A DNA stretch of 64,000 nt from Dehalococcoidia bacterium (GTDB lineage: Bacteria > Chloroflexota > Dehalococcoidia > UBA6926), in assembly GCA_034428515.1 (NCBI GenBank), contig DAOUHQ010000007.1, forward strand, positions 6,258 through 70,257, in the 5' to 3' direction. Made by a program: the position numbers and the translations under genes. Shown here in pieces: positions 28,702 through 38,987 of the stretch. The notes under the pieces were generated by a model. It saw only the letters and a program-made list of their open reading frames with translations. It was not told the DNA's origin and did no database searches. Position 1 is the stretch's first letter; every line of letters begins with the position of its first letter.

Positions 28702-31700
28702 CTAGGCCGTCACCACCGCAGACTTCCCGCTCATCCGCCCGAACTCCTCCATCAGTTGACGTAGCTGTTCCCGCCAATCCGCGCCCGCGCCTGCCGGCAC
28801 CCGTATCTGTAGATGCCCCACGTTTGCGTTCGGCAACGCGCGGCGTATCGCCTCCCGATCCAGCCAATAGACGTCCCTGAGCCGCACGACAATCTCCGTC
28901 CCCTCGGTCGCAATCGAACGCACCATGCCGCGCAGCCGACCCGTCTGAGCCCGGACCTCGACAGCCAGGAGCAGGTCATCCACCTGCTGGGGCAGCGGCC
29001 CGAACCGGTCCCGCAATTCCGCGCGGATCGTCTCAACCTCCTCGGGATCAACGAGATTCGCCAGCCGCTCGTACACAGCCAGCCGCGTGCCGGTGTCCTC
29101 CACGTAGTCCGGCGGGATGCGGGCATCGGCAGGAAGGTCAACTGGAGCGCGCGCCGCTCCTGCCGCCAACAGCGGCCTCCCGCCTGTCAGCCCCGGCTCG
29201 TCCGGCACATGCGCCGACTTGCCTTTGCGGACCTCATCTATGGCCTCTGAAAGCAGCCGTGTATACAGGTCGAAACCCACCGCCGCCACGTTCCCGCTCT
29301 GCTCCGCGCCCAGGATATTACCCGCGCCACGAATCTCAAGGTCCTTCATGGCGAGCCGGAATCCCGCTCCAAGCTCTGCCGCGGACAGGATGGCCCGCAA
29401 ACGACGCTCCGCCGTCGGCGTCAGTACCCGATCCCGCCGAAACAGGAAATAGGCGTAGGCACGAATCGACGAACGCCCCACGCGTCCGCGCAGCTGGTAC
29501 AACTGCGTCAGTCCAAGCCGATCCGCGTCGTCCACGATGAGCGTGTTCGCGTTCGGCATGTCCAGCCCCGCCTGGATAATCGTCGTGCAGATAAGAACGT
29601 CGAATTCCTGCGCCGCAAACGAATTCATCACGCTTTCCAGCGACTCCGGCGGCATCCGGCCGTGCGCCACCCCGAAGCTCGCCTCCGGCACAAGCTCCTG
29701 CAGGTGCTCTAGCACGCGATGGATGTCCTGAATGCGGTTGTGGACGAAAAAGACCTGCCCGCCCCGATCCGTCTCCCTCAGAATCGCCTCGCGAATCGTC
29801 CGGTCCTCCTGCTCCGCCACAAATGTTGTCACCGGGATCCGGTCCTCCGGCGCAGTGTCGATGCGGCTCATATCGCGGATGCCGAACAATGCCATGTGCA
29901 GCGTGCGGGGAATCGGCGTGGCCGTCATCGTCAACACGTCCACCGTCGCCCGCATCTTGCGGAGGTGCTCCTTGTGCCGCACCCCAAACCGCTGTTCCTC
30001 GTCGATAATCACCAACCCCAGGTTGCGGAAACTCACGTCTCTGGACAGCAGGCGATGCGTGCCTATGACGACATCCACCTCGCCCCGCGCCATCGCCGCT
30101 ACCGTCTCCTTCTGCTCGGCGTCCGTCCGCAGACGGGAGAGCATATCCACACGCAAAGGAAACGTTTCTAACCGCTCCATGAACGTCCGATAATGCTGCT
30201 GCGCCAACACCGTCGTCGGAACCAGCAACGCCACTTGCGAACCGGCCGCCACGGCCTTGAAAGCGGCACGCACCGCCACCTCCGTCTTGCCGTAGCCCAC
30301 GTCGCCGCAGATGAGGCGGTCCATCGGCCGTTCCGCCTCCATGTCCGACTTCACATCGACGATGGCCTGCATCTGATCATCAGTCTCCTGGTACGGGAAC
30401 GAACTCTCCAGCTCCCACTGCCACGCCGTCTCTCCCCCGAACGGAGCGCGCGAGTTCACCTCCCGCTCCGCGTACAGTCGCAAGAGCTCCTCCGCAAACC
30501 GAAGCGCGTCCTCCTTGACGCGACGCTTGGTGTTGGCCCACTCGTTGCCGCCAAGCCGCGTTAGCGTTGGATTACCACCCGTGCCCGTGTACCGAGCCAC
30601 GCGGTCCACCTGATCCGTCGGCACATAGAGCGTGTCGCCGCCCGCGTAACCGAGCGCCAGGTATTCCCGCTCCGCCCCATCCGTTGCCCGCTGCACAGTC
30701 CCCTTGAACTGCGCGATGCCGTGCTCCACGTGAACGACGTAATCGTTCTCTACGAAATCCGACAAGAATGCGTCGCGTCGTACGACCCGCCGCCGCACCG
30801 GGCGCGGCCGCTTGATGAATCCAAATATCTCCGTGTCCGAAAGCGTGATGATCGATCCGCTGACACCGGACTCCCCGCCGCTCAGTTCCCACCCCTCCGC
30901 CAGCGCCGTCTGAACGACTACAAGGCTCCCGGGTGTCGGTACCGCGTCCATGTTGGTCCGCAGAGATAGCTCATGCCCGTTTTCCCGCAGCATCTCCGCC
31001 AATCGCTGCGCCTGCAATGACGCAATGACGACTGCGTTTCCGCGATGTCGAGCGCCCAGGATATCGCTGCTAAGCAGATCGATGCGTCCGCCATACGTCT
31101 CCGGCGGTGAGAAGCCAAGGCTCCCAAAGGACCTCGTTCCCTCCTGCATTCCATCGGGTGACGCCTGCGCGAATGGCTCAAGGTGCAGGCGGCGTGGCAC
31201 ATCTGCAAGAGACATCTCGAGCCGCTCCGACGTGGCAACGGGGCTCGGGAAGGCGCGAGGCAGTTTGCCGCGTTCGATTTGCCCGTCGCGAATCTCCAGC
31301 CCCCGCCTGATCACCTCATCAAGCCGAGTGCGTAGGCTCATGGGCCGATCAACAACGATGACCGTCTCATCCGGCAAGTGGTCGATCAGCGTCGAACGAT
31401 GAAAATACGGCGCGAAGAAGCCGACACCCGGCACAGCCGCCCCATCCGCGAACCGCTGCAACTCATCACTAAAGACCACCGCCTCGTCGTCCCCAATTCC
31501 GTCCATGTCCGGCGGCGGTGCGCCTCGCACGGCGGACGGCAAGAGCTCCAGCGCCGGAGTCACAACAACCTCGTCCACCTCAGTGGCTGACCGCTGAGTT
31601 GCCGCGTCGAACGTACGGATGCTGTCGATGATGTCCCCGAACAGCTCGATTCGAGCCGGGCTTTCGTCCTGCGGCGGCCAGATATCCACGATGCCGCCCC

Positions 31701-32292
31701 GACGACTCACCGTTCCCGGCGTTTCGATCGCCGCCACCGGCTCGTATCCCAACTCCACCGCGTCCGAGAGAATGCCGTCGATGGAAACTGCCTCCCCGAT
31801 GTTCAACGTGAACGCCGCCCGTTGAAACTCTTCAGGCGGCAGCGTCACCGCCGCTGCGGCGTACGCGCTCGCGATGATGAACGGGGCAGGGCGCGCCATG
31901 AGTTCCTGGAGCCGCGCTTCCTGCGACCCTGCCCGAAAATCGGCCAGAGCGGAAAGCGCCCGAAGTCGCTCCCGGGTCGTTGATGCGTCGTTTGCCAGTT
32001 GCTCATAGGGCAGGGCGTCCGGCTCAGGGTAGGGGATGACGGCACTCGCGGCGGATGAGGACACATAGGCGCTGACCTGCTCATGGGCCCGCCGAGCGTC
32101 CTCCGCTCCTGCGTGCAGCCACAGAACAGGCCGCCCCAAATCCCGCCAAAGACTGGCGACAATGAACGGCGTCGCGCCCTCCAACGGGTCCAACAGGATG
32201 GGCTCCGGCTGCCCGGCCCTCAAAGCCTCAACCAGCTGACGATACGCATACCGCCGCCGCAACCCCTCAGACAACACCGCCAGGCTCAACAA
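28702..32292 (-). CDS. mfd: transcription-repair coupling factor
   Basis: 1196 aa; DEAD/DEAH helicase motifs (GDVGYGKTEVA, DEEQRFG); TRCF domain. Confidence 0.9.
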   Translation of the reverse strand: MLSLAVLSEGLRRRYAYRQLVEALRAGQPEPILLDPLEGATPFIVASLWRDLGRPVLWLHAGAEDARRAHEQVSAYVSSSAASAVIPYPEPDALPYEQLANDASTTRERLRALSALADFRAGSQEARLQELMARPAPFIIASAYAAAAVTLPPEEFQRAAFTLNIGEAVSIDGILSDAVELGYEPVAAIETPGTVSRRGGIVDIWPPQDESPARIELFGDIIDSIRTFDAATQRSATEVDEVVVTPALELLPSAVRGAPPPDMDGIGDDEAVVFSDELQRFADGAAVPGVGFFAPYFHRSTLIDHLPDETVIVVDRPMSLRTRLDEVIRRGLEIRDGQIERGKLPRAFPSPVATSERLEMSLADVPRRLHLEPFAQASPDGMQEGTRSFGSLGFSPPETYGGRIDLLSSDILGARHRGNAVVIASLQAQRLAEMLRENGHELSLRTNMDAVPTPGSLVVVQTALAEGWELSGGESGVSGSIITLSDTEIFGFIKRPRPVRRRVVRRDAFLSDFVENDYVVHVEHGIAQFKGTVQRATDGAEREYLALGYAGGDTLYVPTDQVDRVARYTGTGGNPTLTRLGGNEWANTKRRVKEDALRFAEELLRLYAEREVNSRAPFGGETAWQWELESSFPYQETDDQMQAIVDVKSDMEAERPMDRLICGDVGYGKTEVAVRAAFKAVAAGSQVALLVPTTVLAQQHYRTFMERLETFPLRVDMLSRLRTDAEQKETVAAMARGEVDVVIGTHRLLSRDVSFRNLGLVIIDEEQRFGVRHKEHLRKMRATVDVLTMTATPIPRTLHMALFGIRDMSRIDTAPEDRIPVTTFVAEQEDRTIREAILRETDRGGQVFFVHNRIQDIHRVLEHLQELVPEASFGVAHGRMPPESLESVMNSFAAQEFDVLICTTIIQAGLDMPNANTLIVDDADRLGLTQLYQLRGRVGRSSIRAYAYFLFRRDRVLTPTAERRLRAILSAAELGAGFRLAMKDLEIRGAGNILGAEQSGNVAAVGFDLYTRLLSEAIDEVRKGKSAHVPDEPGLTGGRPLLAAGAARAPVDLPADARIPPDYVEDTGTRLAVYERLANLVDPEEVETIRAELRDRFGPLPQQVDDLLLAVEVRAQTGRLRGMVRSIATEGTEIVVRLRDVYWLDREAIRRALPNANVGHLQIRVPAGAGADWREQLRQLMEEFGRMSGKSAVVTA

Positions 32293-32404
32293 TCACCTCC
32301 GCTTAAACGCCCAAAGCCCCGCCAAAGCGGGCACATACCAGTGTAGCGGGAATTCCAGAATTCTCTCTCGTGGAGAGGGTAAGGCCCGCATGGCGCCCCA
32401 AGCT

Positions 32405-32461
32405 GGAACGCGGAGTCCCAACTCAACTGGATTAACAACCTCATCGCGAACCGAGAAAACA
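32405..32461. repeat. bipartite direct repeat copy 1 (GGAACGCGG-N29-ATCGCGAACCGAGAAAA)
   Basis: Matches copy at 35604..35661; together they flank fabF-recJ. Confidence 0.45.
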
Positions 32462-32556
32462 ATCCCTTGTCCCATACCCGCGCGTCCCCGTATCATCTAG
32501 CCAGCCGCTCATATCGCGGCAGAGGCGGACATTCTGTACTTGAGGAGCGTGCAGTA

Positions 32557-33798
32557 GTGACTCGAATCGTTGTGACCGGCGTCGGTATGGTGACACCCCT
32601 CGGCCTTGATACCCAGACCACGTGGGATTCCCTGCTGGCAGGTAAGTCCGGCGCGGACACCGTCTCCCTCTTTGACGTCGAGCCGTATTCCACAACCATT
32701 GCCTGCGAGGTCAAGGGCTTTGATCCGTCCACCTTCATGGACCGCAAAGAAGTCCGGCAGACCGACCGCTATATCCAGTTCGCGATGGCTGCCGCCGACC
32801 AGGCGGTTAATGATTCCGGCCTTGAGGTCACGGACGATAACCGCAACGAAGTCGCAACAATCATCGGTAGTGGCTACGGCGGTATCGGCACGGTCCAGAA
32901 TGCCGTCGAAACTCTCTCAACCCGTGGCCCCAATCGTGTCAGCCCGTTCCTCATGCCGATGATGGTCACGGAGATGGGAGCCGCCAAGGTATCTATCGCC
33001 CTCGGCGCGCGTGGCCCCGCCTATTCCGTCACGTCATCCTGCTGCTCCGGCTCCGATTCTATCGGCGCGGCAGCCGATCTGATCCGGCGCGGCGACGCCC
33101 GCGTGGCGCTCGCCGGTGGCGCAGAGGCCACCATCACGCCTATTGCCTTCGCGGGTTTCAGCCAGGCGGGCGCACTGTCAACAAAACGAAACGACAACCC
33201 CACCCACGCGTCGCGTCCCTTTGACGTCGACCGCGACGGCTTCGTGATGGGCGAGGGCGCGTGCGTATTGGTGTTGGAAGACTTGGAGCATGCCAAGGCG
33301 CGCGGTGCGAACATCATCGCCGAACTCTCCGGCTTCGCCTCAACCGCGGACGCCTACCACATCACCCATCCTGCCGAGAATGGTGAGGGCGCGGTACGAG
33401 CCATGAACAAGGCCCTCGATAGGGCGGGGCTCGCCCCCGGTGAACTCGGCTATATCAACGCTCATGGGACATCAACGCCCATCAACGACCGCGAGGAGAC
33501 GAAGGCCATCAAGACCGTGTTTGGCGAGTCAGCCTACGCCGTGCCGATCTCGTCAACCAAGTCGATGCACGGTCATCTGCTCGGCGCGGGAGGCGCGCTC
33601 GAAGCTGCCATCTGCGCCCTTGCCGTCTCGAACGACAAAATCCCGCCCACGATCAATCTCGAAAACGCCGACCCCGATTGCGATCTGAACTACACACCGC
33701 ATGAGGTTCGCACCGGCCCCGTCAACAGCGCCCTGTCCAACACATTCGGCTTCGGCGGCCACAACACGGCAATCATCTTCCGCAAGTTCGCGGACTAG
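32557..33798 (+). CDS. fabF: 3-oxoacyl-ACP synthase II
   Basis: GTG start at 32557 with GAGGAG SD; KAS II Cys-His-His (SSCCSG, HGTST, HGHLLGAGGA). Confidence 0.9.
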   Translation: MTRIVVTGVGMVTPLGLDTQTTWDSLLAGKSGADTVSLFDVEPYSTTIACEVKGFDPSTFMDRKEVRQTDRYIQFAMAAADQAVNDSGLEVTDDNRNEVATIIGSGYGGIGTVQNAVETLSTRGPNRVSPFLMPMMVTEMGAAKVSIALGARGPAYSVTSSCCSGSDSIGAAADLIRRGDARVALAGGAEATITPIAFAGFSQAGALSTKRNDNPTHASRPFDVDRDGFVMGEGACVLVLEDLEHAKARGANIIAELSGFASTADAYHITHPAENGEGAVRAMNKALDRAGLAPGELGYINAHGTSTPINDREETKAIKTVFGESAYAVPISSTKSMHGHLLGAGGALEAAICALAVSNDKIPPTINLENADPDCDLNYTPHEVRTGPVNSALSNTFGFGGHNTAIIFRKFAD

Positions 33799-33821
33799 GC
33801 GCCGCCCGCATGACCCTCCGA

Positions 33822-33858
33822 CGCCCCTTCGTCATTCCCGCGAAGGCGGGAATCCAGG
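33822..33858. repeat. REP-like palindromic element variant A
   Basis: CGTCATTCCCGCGAAGGCGGGAATCCAGG. Confidence 0.55.
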
Positions 33859-33877
33859 ACTCGGAGTGCGGCCAACC

Positions 33878-35572
33878 ATGACCGTCCAACGTCGTTGGGC
33901 CTTCCCGGAACCGCCGTCTCCACAGGCGCGTGAGGCTTTGACCGCATTCCCGCTTACGCTCCAACAACTCCTCGTCAACCGTGGCATCGAGACAGCGGAC
34001 GCAGCTGATCTATTCCTTCGACCTGACAAGCGACTAGCTGGAAACCCAACAGACATCCCCGGCATGAACGCCGCCGTACACCGTATCCGCCAAGCCATGT
34101 TTGGCGACGAGAAAATCGGAATCTACGGCGATTTCGATTCCGACGGCGTCACCGGCGCGGCACTCTTGTGTGAAGCTCTGGCAAACGTAGGACTGTCGGT
34201 AACCCCCTACATTCCCTCCCGAGCGGAAGGGCACGGCATGAGTCGCGCCGCCCTCAAGACGTTGCATGACGATGGCTGCACCCTCGTCATCACGGCTGAT
34301 TGCGGTGTCGGCGGCGTCAATGACGGCGCAGTACCTAAAGGTATGGACATCATCGTCACGGATCATCATCTGCCCGGTGATGACTTGCCCGATTTCGCGG
34401 CCATCGTGAACCCAATGCGGCGAGATTCAACGTACCCGTCGCCAAAGCTCGCCGGAGTCGGCGTTGCTTTCAAACTTGCCCAAGCCATCCATCAGGAACT
34501 CGGCAAGGAGTTGCCCGACGGTCTGCTTGAACTTGTGGCACTCGGCACCGTCGCCGACGTGTCGCCCCTTGTTGATGAGAATCGATACCTGGTGAATGAG
34601 GGCCTAACGGGAATGCGAGACTCTCAACGTCCCGGACTCCGTATCCTCGCCTCGATCGCCCGTCGTCCTCTGGTACGCATAACTTCCGGAGACATTGCAT
34701 TCCAGATAGCGCCGCGCCTCAATGCCGCAGGCCGTCTGACTCACGCGAACGACGCCTTGAATCTCCTGTCCACGCATGACGAGGATGAGGCGCGAACCCT
34801 CGCAATTCACCTTGACGAACTCAATCAGCGTCGCCGGGAACTCACCGAAGAGGCGTATAACAAAGTCCGCGAACGCATGAGTGCGGATGATGTCGAAGCG
34901 CCTGTCATTGTCGCCGGCGCGCCGGACATTCCCGCCGGCATCGTCGGGCTCGTAGCGGGTCGACTAACCGAGGAGTTCTATCGTCCAAGTTTCGTCTACT
35001 CGACATACGGCGATGGACTCCTCCGGGGTTCCGCCCGAAGCATTGAGGAATTTGATGTCGAGGGCGCCCTTAAGCATAGTGCCGATCTCCTCACACGCTT
35101 TGGTGGTCACCATCGCGCCGCCGGTTTCTCCGCGCTCGAAAGCAACCTCCCGGCTTTCCGTGACAGGCTGCGCGAATTGGCCGCCAAGGCTCTCGACGGT
35201 ATCGATCTCACCCCCACGCTCGCCATCGACGCCGAGGGCGCGCCCTCGCGCCTTGCCGCGGACCTCACTTCGCACATGGACAAACTTGAACCATTCGGTG
35301 AGGGCAACAGGAATCCCGTATTCGTCGCTCGAGGTCTCCGTGTTATTTCAGCAAGGCAGGTCGGAGACGGCTCACATTTGCGTCTCTCGCTGGTAGAGCC
35401 TCAATCAGGCATGGAATGGAATGCGATCGCGTTCCGCCTTGGCGAAAAGGCAGGAGAAGCGCGACGGGAAATCGATGTCGCCTTCCAATTTCAGGAGAAC
35501 GACGGCGGCCCAAACGCAAACCGCCCTACAACCCTGGAACTAAACGTCCAGGACTTCCGCCCCTCGGCCTGA
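33878..35572 (+). CDS. recJ: single-stranded-DNA-specific exonuclease
   Basis: ATG MTVQRRW at 33878; DHH motifs (GDFDSDGVTGAALL, DHH) and DHHA1 domain. Confidence 0.85.
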   Translation: MTVQRRWAFPEPPSPQAREALTAFPLTLQQLLVNRGIETADAADLFLRPDKRLAGNPTDIPGMNAAVHRIRQAMFGDEKIGIYGDFDSDGVTGAALLCEALANVGLSVTPYIPSRAEGHGMSRAALKTLHDDGCTLVITADCGVGGVNDGAVPKGMDIIVTDHHLPGDDLPDFAAIVNPMRRDSTYPSPKLAGVGVAFKLAQAIHQELGKELPDGLLELVALGTVADVSPLVDENRYLVNEGLTGMRDSQRPGLRILASIARRPLVRITSGDIAFQIAPRLNAAGRLTHANDALNLLSTHDEDEARTLAIHLDELNQRRRELTEEAYNKVRERMSADDVEAPVIVAGAPDIPAGIVGLVAGRLTEEFYRPSFVYSTYGDGLLRGSARSIEEFDVEGALKHSADLLTRFGGHHRAAGFSALESNLPAFRDRLRELAAKALDGIDLTPTLAIDAEGAPSRLAADLTSHMDKLEPFGEGNRNPVFVARGLRVISARQVGDGSHLRLSLVEPQSGMEWNAIAFRLGEKAGEARREIDVAFQFQENDGGPNANRPTTLELNVQDFRPSA

Positions 35573-35603
35573 CCCCGCCGTTCCCCCAACTCTAACCAAA
35601 GCC

Positions 35604-35661
35604 GGAACGCGGCGTGCCGACACCGGTGGCCCACCAAGACTGATCGCGAACCGAGAAAATA
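35604..35661. repeat. bipartite direct repeat copy 2
   Basis: GGAACGCGG-N30-ATCGCGAACCGAGAAAA. Confidence 0.45.
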
Positions 35662-35663
35662 CC

Positions 35664-36533
35664 TCAGGCGGGCTGCGGCGGCGCGTCCGCCTGCCCGTCC
35701 TCGGATTCTTCCCCCGGGGTCCCATCTGACCCACCGGAGTCATCGTCCCCGGAACTCGCCAGCCTCACCCGCGTGATGAGGAAGGCCAGCGCAATCACTA
35801 CGAGCAAGAGGGCTAACAGATGTGCCTGCTGGAGCCCTGCGAACCACACAGCATCCCGCCGCATGAACTGGATGACGAATCGGCCTAGCCCGTACATCAA
35901 CAAGTACATGAAGAAGACTGAACCATCAGGCCGGAGCCTGCCGATAAGGAAATACGTAACGATGCCGATAAACGCGTCCAATGCCATTTCATACACAATG
36001 ACCGGGTGCATCGGTCCCTCGCCGTTCGCGGGGCTGCCCGGATGCGTGTAAAGAAAAGCCCACGGCCTCACCAAAGTTTCGCCAAGGTGCTCGCCGTTGA
36101 TGATGTCTCCCAACCGTCCGAGGAGCATGCCAAGCAACAGTCCCGGCGTGACCAAATCCACCATGCGCCCCACGGGATAGCGGTGCCGCCACGCGTAGAA
36201 CGTGCCGCCGATTGTCGCGCCGAGAATTCCGCCAAGTAGACCGATGCCGCCCTCATAGATGCGGAGAATCAGCAGCGGATCCGTGCCGTAGTAGTCCCAG
36301 TTATCAATAACGTGAACCAGCCGCGCGCCGATCAGACCGCCCAGCACGGCCCAGACTGCCGTGCCGTAAACGGCGTCTTCATGGATGCCGTGCTTGCGGC
36401 CCATATACACGGCCCAGATGACGACGGCAACAATGCCCACCGCCGTAAAGAATCCGTGCCACGTCACGAGGAACGGGCCAATTTCGAAAAGGATGGGATC
36501 AATCCCAATGTTGATGGCGGCAAGAACGTTCAA
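35664..36533 (-). CDS. lgt: prolipoprotein diacylglyceryl transferase with acidic C-terminal tail
   Basis: 289 aa; Lgt signature (GPFLVTWHGFF...GGLIGARL). Confidence 0.85.
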   Translation of the reverse strand: MNVLAAINIGIDPILFEIGPFLVTWHGFFTAVGIVAVVIWAVYMGRKHGIHEDAVYGTAVWAVLGGLIGARLVHVIDNWDYYGTDPLLILRIYEGGIGLLGGILGATIGGTFYAWRHRYPVGRMVDLVTPGLLLGMLLGRLGDIINGEHLGETLVRPWAFLYTHPGSPANGEGPMHPVIVYEMALDAFIGIVTYFLIGRLRPDGSVFFMYLLMYGLGRFVIQFMRRDAVWFAGLQQAHLLALLLVVIALAFLITRVRLASSGDDDSGGSDGTPGEESEDGQADAPPQPA

Positions 36534-36739
36534 GCTGTACTACCTCGCTGGTTAGAATTGGCTGGGTCATGCGCCCTGCGGCTCCACAACCTGCCGTGTC
36601 ACTATTCTATGCCCCCGCCGTCGCATCTGACGAGTCAACGGCTCGCAGTAACAAACCACCTTACTAATCGGACTTTGTGATATTCTTCTCTAGACGTGAC
36701 GTAATGCATCCATAACTATTCAAAAAGGACGGCTCCGGA

Positions 36740-37684
36740 ATGCTTGATCAGGGCGTACGAAATTTCCTTGTGTACCTCACCACCGTCAAAGGCTTCTCCG
36801 CCAATACATCAGAGGCCTACCGGAGTGACATGACTCAACTGACAGAGTGGCTTACCGCTCCGCCGGAGGACTTGGCGCCTGCGGAAACATGGACGGACGT
36901 TTCGCGCGACCATCTCCTCGGATTCGTCAGTCACCTCAAGTCTCGGGAATACGCCACCACTACCATTGCGCGTAAGATAGCCGCCGTGAAGTCCTTCTTC
37001 TCCTACATGGTCACACATGACCTGGTCGAATCCGACCCCTCTGAGGGACTCAGTTCACCAAAGGTGGGAAGGGCGCTGCCATCACCTCTCGGGGTGGATG
37101 AAGTCGAATTGCTCTTGAATCAACCGAGAGGCACGTCAACGCCGGAGGGCATGCGCGCGTCCGCCATGCTTGAACTCCTCTATGCGACGGGGATGCGAGT
37201 CTCGGAACTCGTCTCTTTGAGCGTTGCCGACGTCAATCTTGACGAAGGTTATGTACGATGCAGAGGCAAGGGGTACAAAGAGCGAATTATCCCGGTCTAT
37301 CCTGAGGCCATCCGTGCCCTGCGCGCCTACATTGATGAGGCCCGCCCAAGGCTCCGCCGCCGGCGTGACGAGCCTGCCTTGTTCCTGAATCGACGCGGCA
37401 ACCGCCTTACCCGGCAGGGCTTTTGGCTCCTGCTCAAGTCGCTTGCTGCTGAGGCCGGCATCACGCACAGCATCACGCCGCATACCCTTCGCCATAGTTT
37501 TGCAACTCACCTGTTGCGCGGTGGCGCAGCACTCCGTCACGTTCAGGAATTGCTGGGGCATTCAAGTATTTCCACCACCCAGATTTACACGCGTCTGGCC
37601 CATGACCAACTGCGTGACGAGTACGACCGTGCCCATCCTCGCGCTCGCTACGGTCGTGAGCGCGACGCCGTTACTGCCGGATAG
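36740..37684 (+). CDS. xerD: tyrosine site-specific recombinase XerD-like
   Basis: 314 aa; R...HxxR...Y catalytic residues (LRHSFATHLL, IYTRL). Confidence 0.8.
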   Translation: MLDQGVRNFLVYLTTVKGFSANTSEAYRSDMTQLTEWLTAPPEDLAPAETWTDVSRDHLLGFVSHLKSREYATTTIARKIAAVKSFFSYMVTHDLVESDPSEGLSSPKVGRALPSPLGVDEVELLLNQPRGTSTPEGMRASAMLELLYATGMRVSELVSLSVADVNLDEGYVRCRGKGYKERIIPVYPEAIRALRAYIDEARPRLRRRRDEPALFLNRRGNRLTRQGFWLLLKSLAAEAGITHSITPHTLRHSFATHLLRGGAALRHVQELLGHSSISTTQIYTRLAHDQLRDEYDRAHPRARYGRERDAVTAG

Positions 37685-37799
37685 CTTGCCCTGGCGGCTT
37701 TGTTGCTCGGGTCGCTCTAAAGCGACATAACGTGGCATGATAGGGGCGTTCGCTGAACGAGGACGCACGCGGTAGAATTCGCGCGGGACAGGGGGCGTC

Positions 37800-38513
37800 A
37801 TGGCTGTTGTAGCGATTGCAGGACAGATTGGCAGCGGCGGCCAGGATATCGGCCAGGAAGTCGCCCGAGAGCTTGAAGCTGAATTCGTCGACAATTTCCT
37901 CCTCAGTGAGGCTGCGAACCGTACCGGTATGAGCGTCGAAGAATGGGACGCGCGTGACATGCGAGTCGATAGCCTCACGGATCGTATCGCTCGTGTATTT
38001 CAAACTTTCGTCCAGCGTTCTGCCGCAAGCTATACCGCAGACCCCTACATGAGCGGCGAGCCGCTCCTCTCGCGCACCTATGAACAGGCCGCCGCAGAGC
38101 CGCGCAGTGACGAACAGAATCTCGATGACCAGCGCTTCCTTGAAGTGACGACGGAAATCATCCAGGAGCTCGCCCGTCTACCTCGGGTCGTCATCATCGG
38201 TAGGGGAACGACGTATATCCTCAGAAACAACCCCCGCGTCTTCAACGTCCTCGCGCTGGCCCCGCGTGACGCGCGAATTGAACGCTGGGCCAACCGTAAC
38301 AGCTTGACCACGGACGAGGCGCGCCGCGAGGTCGATGATCAGGAACACCACCGGCAGGCCTTTCTGAGAAAATTTTTTGGTGTCGATCCGTTTGATCCCA
38401 GTTGGTTTGACATGGTGCTCCGCGTCGACCGGCTTGATATCAAGCACTACGCGCAAATGGTCGCGACAGGCGCACGCGCTCTGGACGAACAACTCCTTTG
38501 CGACGAAACTTAA
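37800..38513 (+). CDS. cytidylate kinase-like family protein
   Basis: 237 aa; P-loop-like AIAGQIGSGG; family-typical layout. Confidence 0.55.
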   Translation: MAVVAIAGQIGSGGQDIGQEVARELEAEFVDNFLLSEAANRTGMSVEEWDARDMRVDSLTDRIARVFQTFVQRSAASYTADPYMSGEPLLSRTYEQAAAEPRSDEQNLDDQRFLEVTTEIIQELARLPRVVIIGRGTTYILRNNPRVFNVLALAPRDARIERWANRNSLTTDEARREVDDQEHHRQAFLRKFFGVDPFDPSWFDMVLRVDRLDIKHYAQMVATGARALDEQLLCDET

Positions 38514-38557
38514 GGTGAGTTCCGGCGAAGCAACGTGGAAACGGAGATACGAAACTA

Positions 38558-38947
38558 ATGCCTGGTAAGCCAAGTAGACGCGACCGAAAACGACGCGGCC
38601 CAACCACTGAGCGTCGGCCTCGTCCGGCCCCGCCCGTCTCACCGGGACGCATCGTGCGGGCCGCTAGTGCCACCGCTCCTCCTGCGGCACGCGAAGATAC
38701 TCCGGCACTGGCGCCCGAGCCTACCTCGGCCGCGTCACCGCAGGCCACTGCGGCTGCGCAAAACAGTGGGCGGGCACGAGGTAGAGGAATCGGTGCGCTG
38801 CGCCGCGGAGCGACGTCATCCGCACGCGCTCTTGAAGCGCAGCGCGAAGAACGAATCCGTCGTGATTCCGTCAGGGATCTACGCTCCATCGGAATCGCCG
38901 CCGTTGTCACCGCTGTCGCTCTTGTCGCTACTGCTGTTTTCCTCTAG
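38558..38947 (+). CDS. hypothetical Arg/Ala-rich protein with C-terminal TM anchor
   Basis: 129 aa ORF filling a 474-nt gap between co-directional genes; low complexity; weak. Confidence 0.3.
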   Translation: MPGKPSRRDRKRRGPTTERRPRPAPPVSPGRIVRAASATAPPAAREDTPALAPEPTSAASPQATAAAQNSGRARGRGIGALRRGATSSARALEAQREERIRRDSVRDLRSIGIAAVVTAVALVATAVFL

Positions 38948-38987
38948 CGTCCATGACCCAATCCGTGGGCGATAGAATGAGCGCACG

